Positions 38,753 through 49,507 of a stretch of 64,000 bases of DNA are shown in pieces. The stretch comes from Balanoglossus misakiensis. Taxonomy: Eukaryota; Animalia; Hemichordata. The stretch lies in assembly GCA_040954595.2 (NCBI GenBank), contig CM082596.2, positions 9,506,461 through 9,570,460 on the forward strand, given 5' to 3'. Under the pieces are notes generated by a model. That model was given only the letters and a program-made list of their open reading frames with translations, searched no databases and was not told the origin of the DNA. The translations under genes were made by a program, and so were the position numbers. Numbering within the stretch: the first letter of the stretch is position 1; each line of letters starts with the position of its first letter.

Positions 38753-41171
38753 GTCGGCACAGAAATTAAAAAGAAGAAGAAGAAGAAAATGAGCACGAGT
38801 TACACGTCTATAAAATTTACAGCTTGTTGAAATTAGGAAGGTTACTTTTCAATATCAGTAGCGCGATACGAGACAAACAACCCTCTATATACCGATAAGA
38901 AGTTGTTACCATGGTGATAAAATAAACATCTGTAAGACTGAGATCTGTCAATTATTTTTTTTCATTCATGCATAAGAAATAGATCACTAATCGAAAATGT
39001 AAAATTAAATCTTAATACTCAACAACAGGGTTCGGCGTTAATGTCAAAATTACTCTATTCTATAAATAGCTCTCAACGGTTAGATTTTTTGAAAGTAAAT
39101 TCTTGCTGATGGTTGGAATACTTAATTTTCAATCTCAGATTCCGTGAAAATATTACAAAATAATACAGGATAAAGTCGATGGCGTTTTAATTGTCACTAA
39201 TGCATTCTATACGTCCCCTGGAGGTAACCCAGGGAGATTCCTGAACGAACCAGGGATGGTGTCCCATTGTGAAGGTTGTCTATGGGAGGAAACTGATGGG
39301 CAGGCCTAGGGCTGTAGTTTTCCAGCTGAAAAATTAATGCGTTTCGTGTTTATTTATCTGTGATGTGCCTAAAGTACCCCAAACCTTCCGTTTCTACAGT
39401 CAACTTGTCGTCATATTTCATTTTTCTAAAATTGTGAAAAGAACACAAAACAATTTAAATTTGCTTCTCCAAGAACATTTTACTTCTGTTCAACAAAATA
39501 AAGGGGAAAAAATGTGTCATTTGTCTGTCGATGTTTAAAGGGGCAATTTTCAATCCCTGGTTTTCGCATTAGTAGGTGCTCTTCCTAGTCAAACATTAGG
39601 CTAGTTGCGATGTTTAACTTACAGTACGTTAAAAACACACTCCAATCACAACAGTTTACCACCTTAGCTAATCCTATAAAGGGTGCTAGGTATTACAGAT
39701 AACGATAACGGCCGTGCCATGGTCTAGCTGCACACGAGTACAGTAGAGACTGTTTACGGTCAACTGGAAAGCAAGAGGCCGATCGCTCTAACCACTTCGA
39801 CGCTCAATTCTCCCAAGCGCGCACAGGTGCAAGCTCTGGAATGCGATCGCGAAACTTCGGACAATGCTCTGTAAAGTAAACCCTACAACGCAATCTCGCA
39901 CAAAGAAGCTGTATTCACCTCACTATGATCTGAAATCAGCGTGTATTGATTCTTACTTCATTTGTCCTGCGAGGCAGGACCGTCTTGATGACGACTTTGA
40001 CCTCAAGCAATTGTGATTGGAGGCGCAGCCGGCAGCATGCAAAACAGTCATCCTGCATGCATGACCGGCTACCGTACCACGCGTCGGTCAATCCACTTGC
40101 GCACGGCTGGGGCGGCTCGGCACAGGCCTGTCTATAATTTTCCTATCAACTTGAGAGCGGATCGCTACTCAAAATAGGCGTTGAAATGTCTGAATTCGCG
40201 ATCATCAAGTTTATAGATCGACATCGATACAAACCCAGTTCAAGCTAGACTGATCCCCGGAAATGAACGATGCGAAAATGTCCGCATTGTTTTAATTGCT
40301 GACAATCGCGATCGTGGCGTCGGTAATTTTTGAAGGGAGCTCAGATGCTTGTCGAAAATTCCACATGAAAGGAATACAAGTCGAATTACCAAAACTATAA
40401 ATGATTGGCAGCATGTCTTGATACTTGGTGCGTCATGATTTGCAGGTAGAAAGTCCTATCTATTGCTATTGCGACATGGGCCTATAGGCGCGGCTATATG
40501 CACTCGTGAAGCTGTCGCGCCCGTGTACAGCAGCACGCACGCTCAGGCACAGTTACGTTAGCATTCAAATATCCAGATGACGGGCAACTTCAATAGCGTG
40601 GAGGCATTATACCTGATACATGGTACGTGTCTGGTGGTTTTTAAAATAAAAACATACTCGGAAAAATCTTTTACTGAATGGCGAAATATTGCTTGCCCGT
40701 CACTTGGAAATGACAACGCCGTGGGTCACATGGCCAGATCACGTGATTGATAGTAAAACAATTCTTTGACTGACTTTCTGCGTTTCCGTACGTTTCGATA
40801 TTTCATCAAATCCGGGCATCACTGAAGTCAAGAGTCCGTTTAAGGTTTTTTTTAAGAGACGACATTATTGTACATATTATAATGCGATACATCTTTATTT
40901 TTGGCAGTTTTCTTTGAGTGGTGATTGTTTTAGACAAAAATGAATGGTACATTAAAATAACACCAAAGTCATATCCTCGGGTGTGTAGTGTACTTCTTTA
41001 TTCACTTTTATATGTGAGTATGTGTGCCTGTGTAATGATTTGTGCATTTCTTTTTAATTTTTTATTACGAAGTGTTTTGGTGATTACGGTAGTTCTCTTT
41101 TTGAAGGATGTGGTGGCCCTGATAAGGGCCGTTTGGTATGTGTATGCACTAGAGCATACGTCTCTGGGTTT

Positions 41172-44100
41172 CTACAGAGAGGCACTAAAAACTTCTTTGA
41201 CAAAACGCCTCCACACATTGGTCCTCCAACGACTTGTTTTTTCCGTCAATACCCTGCGCTCAGACCTCCTCCTGTACTGCCTTCCTCGCCGACTCCTCCT
41301 GGTATTGGTTGACGGCCGGTCTACATTCTCATTCTGGGAATTAGACAGTGTTCAAGTAACAGTTTCAATAAACTGCGAAACTAACACCACTTTCGCTTCT
41401 GCGTCATATTTTATTGTTTTGTCAGTGATAAGCTTGCACAGAAACATTGTAAATTATCATGGGGAAAACATGAACACACTCGGAAATAAAATAAAACTTA
41501 CCCAGTCCAGACAGGTGAGATCACTCCTAAATTTATAGGAGTTTTTTTTTAATGGGATGCGCAACATTGTTGAAGCTCTCAACATAGTGTGTGTCTTTAC
41601 ACTAGAATGGAAAATAAAATAAAATCTTTACAAAGAGTAGAGACTTTGGTTTTCCATAATCGTGTCTGCATATAGCTGACAAAAACTACAATGCATAATC
41701 TCGGTACAAGAAAGCCTGAGAGAAATACTGCTATGCTCTATCTGCTGCATGGTGGTGTTCAAACACTTCACATTGTAACTACATGTACCTGTATTCTGAA
41801 ATCGTGTTTCAAGCTTTATCACATGAACTGGCCCGTATAGCGACCTGTGTGACGTAGAACAGGTCGAACAAAAAATCTTCCCCGAATTTTCCCCTGTTCT
41901 ACGTCATCAACCGGAACTATTTTCGCTGATTCGCCCGTCGCTGTAACTTTCTTGTAAAACGGAATAACAAGTGGATGTACCCGTAGTTGAGGTTGCATAA
42001 GAATATCGCCGGGTAAAATCAATACGAGAAAGGTAGAATTTGAAAAGTTGACGCTACGATCGTGAATGTGTGCTTGCAGCTAGCGAGCCTGGTCGATCCC
42101 GAGCGAGCCAGCACACTTGATTTTAGGCTTACGGAAGTTACGAGAATGGTTTCGAGCCACCTGAGCGGGACGACTAACACTCTGTATTCTGTCCACCGGT
42201 CAACGAAATGTATAAGACGTGGAAAAACGTCGCAGTTCATTTGTTTGAGCATCGAAAACATTTGTTTGGGGTTCGAGGATGAGATTCTGTACGAGGGTTG
42301 TAGTTTCTGCGGAAACACAACTGCACTGACTAGCCAGGCCGACGAAAACGCAACCTTGAACATCGTTCCTGGACTAATATTTTTAATATCCTGCCACAAT
42401 AACGGTTTTAGGATATATGGCGATGGAACTGTTATTTTTTCATACAGTTTTACATGAAGCGCGTCATTTTTTCTGTCAAACTGCGACTCGCAGCATAACT
42501 TCGCGGGCGAACTCGACGCGATGACTTGCTAGGACGTTGTGTTGACATGTACACAGCGCGAGACGATGATTGACAGGCAGAATGTATCAAAATTCGGCCC
42601 ATGTGACTGACTCCGCGAATCTGATTGGTAGACAAGACGCAAAAGTGTATAAACTTGAAAGTCGATTTCACTTTATGAATGAAAGGGATTCCATAATTAG
42701 CATATCTCGTGGGGGCCACAGATCGTTGCGCAGGGGAAAGAACGTAATCCCGCTAAATAAACTGCAAGGCCGCTCGAATATTTTAGCAAGATATTGGAAT
42801 ATTTTAACCCTACCTCTTCTAACGAAAATAAGAAGACTGTTCATGTGATAAATATATAATCCCATGATATTTTTCTTTGTTTAACGTCATCGTATAATCG
42901 TGGTTTTCGCGGAGTCGTACAACTTCTCGCCTACGGCTCGAAGTTGCACGGCTCCGCGAAAACCACTCGTATACGATGACGTCAAACAAAGAAAAATATC
43001 ATGGGATTATATATAAAAACATTGTCATTCAATACACATAGCTAAGCACACCTACATTTACCTCATGCTATGTAATACTTAAAAAAACTCACATCAACAT
43101 AATTCTCTGGCTTCTTGTACAGCTGCGTCTTTCTAACAGCATGCCTCAGGAGGTCAGCTGCTTTCGATGGCCTGATTGGGCGGAACGATGCTTCGTAATT
43201 CGCGCTATTCCGACACCTCGATTTTGGGTCACACCCAGCGTGATTATCCTACAGATCGAAAAGATAACATGTACCGTCTATTTGATGGAAATTAAGAAGC
43301 ACAGTCACGGTTTTGTCCTGATGTTGGCATCCACAGATAACTTTAAAAGAATGTGTGATGGCGATGGTTACATTTTCAACTATTTTATTTAATCAAAAAA
43401 GTTATTTTTGTTTCATTCAAAGGTAATTACCTGATAATGAGCGACAATATTGTCTAATTTTTTTCGGATTAGCGCCGCTGCTTCGGTTCGTGCCCGGGTT
43501 GTGTTGCCATTGTCCAGAAGGTGTTGTTTTGCCCGTGTCATGGCCCAGTAGCAATGTGTCTTTACATTGGCCCCTGTGGAGAGGTGAACACATAGTTGAA
43601 TTTGTAATAATTGTTATCACAAACGAAATGGCTTTACGTTTAATATCTCCATTTTCAAAGCTGCATAAGAGAAAAAAAAATATTCAACGCATAAAACTGA
43701 ACATGAAACAGAAACTCGTAACCACAGATACCTGACCAAAAGTGAAAACTTAACATTGCGATTGAGAAAACATAAAATGTGTGTGATTTTACCTTTATCT
43801 GCAAGTTCAGGGTGCCAGGTTACGTTCATGTTTCGTTGTGTCCCCGTGGTTACTCGTTTCATCTCTCGGCCTATTGCCTTGGTAACTGTAAAATAAAAAC
43901 AAGCATTGATGTTACAGCTCCTCGCCCACGTGTACACGATGAAACAGAATCAATTAATGGTGCCTGGATTGATGCAACTCTGCCTTGAAAACAAACCTGA
44001 ATTCACATATTCACTTTCAAATTATAAGTTTACAGATGATCAAAAGTCGTCAGCTAAAAATGTATGTGACGTCCTTATGTACATGTACTAAATTGGAGTG

Positions 44101-46147
44101 TTTTTGCTGCTACACCTTCCCCTGTCAAGTAAGAATGAAGCCTTACCATGCCATGTGTCGTTGCTGCTGATGGTATCTGGCCTTTCCTCTCGCAGGAATT
44201 TGTTTACAGACGCGTTGTTGTGGCCATGAACTAAAATTGGAACCCCTGTAAATGTAATCATTTGCAATAGCCGGTTGTCAGTGTGACATATTTTCTTGCA
44301 TAGAATTATAATTATCGTTTTATATGTGGTTCATGTACATGCGTCTAGTTTTGTAAAAACATTTAGCAAGGATTTTACTGATACCGATGGGAAAGCACCG
44401 TGTTAATACTATGTTTTACCTTTTTCATCAGCCCAGTTATAAAATCGCCTGATCCCAAACATCTCGTGTCTTTGGGAACACGGGTCATCGTGCTTCCTGA
44501 CCAACTTCTTATGGATGCACTTATTGGTTCTAAAACAAAGACAAATAGTTACAAATAAAGTTAGTCGAATTTAATCCAAAATTGCCATATATTACAATAA
44601 CAGTATACGTCAAAGCATGTGGCATGTCAGTTCGGAGAAGTAGTGTTGATGCCAAACACAATACTCACTGTCGACAGAAATAGCGATGCGATTGAGTGCG
44701 TGTAAGGGTAACACATTACCATACATATAACCATCATTGCCATAGAGATGAAAAATGTTATTTCTAACGAAAAGTTGTTACATACATGTCACCAAGTACA
44801 ACTATGTCAGAGTTTTGTGCATTCTTTCGTGTACCGTGTCGTGCATCGCTCATATTTTCAATCCCCAGCTTAATGGTGCGGTCTTCCGATGCGATTTCCT
44901 GAAATTGGATTCAAAAACAAAATGTATTAGGCCTATATGAACACGCGGATAAAATGTGGCATGATAAAAATATCAAATAACATTTATTTAGTTGTTTTTG
45001 GGTGGTGAAATGTCATACCTCGTTTAATGCATCATCCATGGATTTGACCGCTTCATTGTGGACAGTTTGTCGGTACTTCTCAAAAACTGAATAAAAAAAC
45101 AGACAGACGAGAAATATTAGTGATGATTTGCCTACTTTATATGCCAGCACAGTCATGGGGTGACTGTGATGATGGTCGACAGTTAATACATTTGGAAAAA
45201 AAAAATTGTCTTGACATGTCTTTATATGCTGCAGTCATGTCTGTAACTCCATGGTCATACAATATATTGAAACAGTCTGAGAATCAATGTAAGTTGACCA
45301 CACTAAAAGTAGGACTGATCACAAATAAATATAAAACTAGATAGTTTCAGCTATAAAAAAAGTGTAAGCTTACATTTCGTTCTATACTTGTCCTTCAACG
45401 ACCCCATATTTGCACCGCTGGTTACAGTGTCATAAGTCCGCGTCCGTACGCCAGCTGACAACAACCCGTGTAACAATCTGTTGGATAATGTTCATAGCAT
45501 TTCAAAGTTACGACGCGAGAGCATAATACATTGACGTATTCTGGGTAAATAAAAGATGAAAAAACAATATAAGTCCGTATCATACAATGTCACTGTATTT
45601 ACACTTACCTGTAGTTGACGAGTAGTCTCCCGTTTGGTAAATACGGCGAAGAATTCCAATTGAATCCGTGACCTTCCTCGCACTTGAAACTGACCCTCCC
45701 CGCGTGGCCCATCATAGTCGTGCGCTTTGAGGCAAGAGTTCCTCGACATGCTCCGGAGTGTGATTCGACAGTTTTTACGAGGTTCTGGACAGAGAGGGTC
45801 GTTGTCAAATACATCTGGTCATCAGTCCGTTCTATTGGACACCTCTGGTACACGGGTTCGTGGAAAGCACCTTCTTCTGGTTCGTCACGCATACCACCAT
45901 TGCCGTTCGTTTCGTGACTCGTCAGGAAGAAATCAAGTAGCGTTGATAACACGTCAAAATTTGTTGCCCTACCCTCCTTCATCAGAGTTCGAAGCTTTGA
46001 AATTTTACGTTGAATTGCTGTCTTATCTTCAGTAGTTGGGGCAACAAAATCAACATTTCCGCGGACAGTGTTATCCCGCACCCGACGTATGTTACGATCC
46101 CTGATTGCTTCCCTAGTCATGGAAGGACAAATCCCTGAACCCGGCAT
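41172..46147 (-). pseudogene. 11-exon Kolobok-superfamily-like DDE transposase gene, decayed
   Basis: Manually spliced GT-AG exons with compatible phases: 46147-45609, 45477-45374, 45086-45019, 44898-44786, 44529-44420, 44245-44147, 43885-43793, 43573-43431, 43248-43093, 41601-41502, 41333-41172. Protein: C..GH...W.SSP..VNYR, SDARHGTRKNA, DDPCSQRHE, VHGHNNAS, NDTWH, KTHCYWAM, HYQDNHAGC, DTHYVESFNN, LDWNENVDR. Frameshifts in exons 10 and 11. Confidence 0.85.
41816..43015. mobile_element. Non-autonomous hairpin element (Crypton-like architecture) in intron 9 of the transposase gene
   Basis: IR tttatcacatgaac (41816) / gttcatgtgataaa (~42839-42852), then a ~160-bp near-perfect palindrome 42853-43015 with loop ctcgcctacggctcg. 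Confidence 0.75.
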
Positions 46148-46237
46148 GTTTAAAAAAACTCGAAAAATTAAAAAAATGTTGACTGAAAATCTAAAAATAT
46201 ATCAAATTGTAAATAAAGAAAAACTGCAAATGTTTAG

Positions 46238-47605
46238 TTTTTTAGCTCTGCTGTCACTTGTGTCAGCCGAGCTGTAGCAGTAGGTTGATAAGTGTCCGTC
46301 CGTCGTCCGTCGTCCGTCGTCTGTCGTCCGTCGTCCGTCAACTTTTTGTATTTCAATCTTCTTCTTTAAAACAACTGGGCATATTTAGCTGAAATTTGGT
46401 TGGAATGTGTGTTATGGTGCCTTTAACTGATTTTGTTAAATTGGATTTGATGGGGTCATGAATATGCAAATTAGATCTAAAAATAGAACTTTTGGTAAAA
46501 ATCTTCTTCTCCACAACTACATGTGCAATGGACCTGAAATTTGGCAGGAATGTGTGTTATGGTGCCCCTACCCGATTTTGTAAATTTGGATTTGATAGGG
46601 TCATGAATATGCAAATTAGATCTAAAAATAGAACTTTTGGTAAAAATCTTCTTCTCCACAACTACATGTACAATGGACCTGAAATTTGGTAGGAATGTGT
46701 GTTATGGTGCCCCTACCTGATTTTGTAAATTTGGATTTGATGGGGTCATGAATATGCAAATTAGATCTAAAAATAGAATTTTTGGTCAGAAATCTTCTTC
46801 TCCCTAGCAACATTTACGGTGGAGCTGAAATTTGGTAGGAATGTGTGTTATGGTGCCCCTACCTGATTTTGTTAATTTAGATTTGATCGGGTCATCAATA
46901 TGCAAATTAGATCTAAAAATATAATTTTCGGTCAAAAATCTTCTTCTCCACAACTACATGTTCGATGGAGCTGAAATTTGGTAGGAATGTGTGTTATGGT
47001 GCCCCTACCTGATTTTGTTAATCGAAATTTTGATGGGGTCATGAATATACAAATTAGATCTAAAAATAGAATTTTTGGTCAAAAATCTTCTTCTCCATAA
47101 CTACATGTACAATGGAGCGGAAATTTGGTAGGAATGTGTGTTATTGTGCCCCTACCTGATTTTGTTAATTTGAATTTTGATGGGGTCATGAATATGCAAA
47201 TTAGAACCTTGGTGTTTCCTTTTGATGTTGTTCTTTAGGATTCAATTTTTTGTTTCTTTAGCACAATGAATCGAGCTGAATTTGGATATATACATGTACT
47301 TATGATGTCTATGTTTGGTTTTGTTCAATAGAATGAGATAGGGGAGAAACTTAAAAGCATTTAGCTCAAAGTTGGTTAGTTTGAAATGTCAATTTTGCTG
47401 CTGAAACTTTTGAAAGTAATAAATTCCTTGAGGAGGCCGTTTTTACGGTTTGTTGTACAAGCTTTGTACATGTATGTACACAAACAACAAAACAACATGC
47501 TCACCCATTAATTGTTATGAATTAAAACCTATAGGGTATTACCATCATTGCCCATATTACACTGTTAAAGTCAGCAGAGCTCTTTTGACCGATAGGTCAC
47601 TTGTT
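46238..47605 (+). mobile_element. Helentron-associated non-autonomous element (HINE/DINE-1-like) with ~6 x 146-bp internal tandem repeats
   Basis: T-rich start, subTIR agctctgctg / cagcagagct, (gtcc/gtcgtcc)n microsatellite at ~46293-46340, repeat array ~46356-47205, 3' stem-loop tgaccgataggtca and terminal cttgtt. Confidence 0.85.
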
Positions 47606-47745
47606 AAATTTTTTATTGGTATTTTAAACATGTTTTCCTGTTTTTTTTGGTTACTTTTTCATGAATATGCGAATTAGATATTACATATTCATGAGCACAC
47701 ACGCATTGCCGAGCTTAGGTGGTTTCCAAGGCTTCAGCATGTGTG

Positions 47746-48480
47746 CATGGAGGTACTAGAGAGAAGGAGCGAGGACGGATTTTAAGCGGATTAACTCCCT
47801 TTCTTCTGAAGTGTGATAAGCTTCTTAAGTCTTTGTGTTTCTGTGTTGATATCGTCCTTTGAACCCACTGTGCGTTACCGCCGATTTTACAGTTAGGTTT
47901 GCAAGATCTACGGGGTAATATTTCTATGATATTAAAAACACTATGCGCACATCGCGGACGAGCGTACTACATATGCGTGGTGACTTTTATTTACATCTAG
48001 GGGTGAAGTTTACGCATCACCACTACCGGAAACGTGTCAGGCGGACGTCTTGGAAGACTTGTGGCGTTATTTTTCTTCTTTGTACAACCAAAAAGCATGA
48101 TTTTGAAATGTATATTTTGAGTTTTTCGCAAACTTCCGCAAAAAACAATAAGTTCTTAGGTTTTCTTTGAAAACCAATCTTCCCGATGCAAGTATTTTTG
48201 TTCGCGTGGGATGGTGTGGGATACCCGATAGTCACCATTGTAATTGCTAGTGCAGAGACTTTCGGCACAGCAGTTTGGTCTGGTTGAATATGCTAAATGT
48301 AAATCATGGAGACACGCCGCCAGCTATAATTTGTTTATCTACGCAAGCGCACAGCTTTTATGAACGCCTATCAGGTGATAAAAGGATGAGATCCTAATGT
48401 TATTTGCAAACAGATTAAGACGCACATGGGGTTTATAGGAAACAATAGCGTCCTCGCTCCTTCTCTCTAGTACCTCCATG
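47746..48480. mobile_element. P-element-type MITE, 735 bp, 32-bp perfect TIR, 7-bp TSD
   Basis: catggaggtactagagagaaggagcgaggacg and its exact reverse complement ending at 48480. atgtgtg is duplicated on both flanks. Confidence 0.88.
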
Positions 48481-48889
48481 ATGTGTGGGCGGGCGTGGAC
48501 CGAAACGGCGAGGTTTTGACGAAAATTCGGCAAAAAAATGTCAAAAATCTCCCCGTTTCGGTCCTTAAATGTGCCCAAAGCTCATAACACATTCAGAAAA
48601 CGACGTTTGCGAGCGAATGGACAGAAGTAAAATAGTCTATGGTATTGTATCGCGACAGACATGTGCATCGTGTGGGCGGTACGCGGTACATCCGATTCAT
48701 GTTGTTTTAGTCGATGCCTTCATTTCCTGCCAACGTAATCGTCGGTGTAAGACTGCTTTTTACGGTAAACTGTACAATGAAGGTAAGTTCTTATCAGCTA
48801 TTTTCGGTTTGCATGTGATGCGAGTTTCGTTCGGTACATGCGATCGATAGTATGGCATGCAGAGGACGGCCTAAGTATAATCTCATTCT

Positions 48890-49025
48890 GGGTCATAGCT
48901 GTGGTGTTTTCTGGCAATTTTTGTCTGACATTTTGCGGGCAATTTTCTGATCGACACGGAAAAAGAGCCCGTAAAAAGGAAAAGTACAATTAGCCAGAAA
49001 ACACCACAGCTGCAGCTATGGACCC
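48890..49025. repeat. Short foldback / MITE-like inverted repeat
   Basis: gggtcatagctgtggtgttttctggcaatt versus aattagccagaaaacaccacagctgcagctatggaccc. Confidence 0.6.
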
Positions 49026-49507
49026 ACGCCACGCACACTCTGACTTGGGCGGGAAAAACTTGTTTGTAACATTTTCCTGTGCAACTAGGCCATATGTTAA
49101 TTACTTGTTTGTTAAGTCTTGTAACACTCCTTTGTCTCAATTTATTGTGTAGCACACTGTTTCCAGTCTCCTTGTATTAATAAAGTGCAGGTGCAGGTGG
49201 TGTTTACAATGTGAGATTTGAACATTGCCAGGTTGGGGGTTGAAACCAAAGGGTCCCATTATTTTGGGAGAAGTGGTTCAACAACATTGTCAAGAAATGT
49301 GCATTTTTATGAGTGACAAATATAGATGATTGCCTTTCCACCAAAATTCAAAACTACAAAGTTATTGTTTATTAAACTGACATATAACATTAGTATACGA
49401 TATATTAAGAAAATGTCTGTGACAACATCAAGCAGAAAATTGAAAGTCTCAGCCACAGCTACAAGATTGGTTGTGGCCACAGCCTGAACACAGACATACA
49501 AATGCCA

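Noticed and set aside
39590-40840. CpG-rich stretch, possibly promoter or TE
   Set aside because: No TIR pair, TSD, RNA gene fold or credible ORF could be established by eye.
40918-41538. 206-aa hydrophobic + strand ORF
   Set aside because: Antisense to transposase exons 10-11 and 3' UTR, starts with GTG, and its composition reflects T-rich sequence.
42019-42457. 126/131-aa ORFs inside the hairpin element as a possible tyrosine recombinase
   Set aside because: No R..H..R..Y recombinase motifs are recognisable in these frames.
46356-47205. Regular 146-bp array as CRISPR or coding repeat
   Set aside because: Whole units are similar (no unique spacers) and sit inside a HINE structure.
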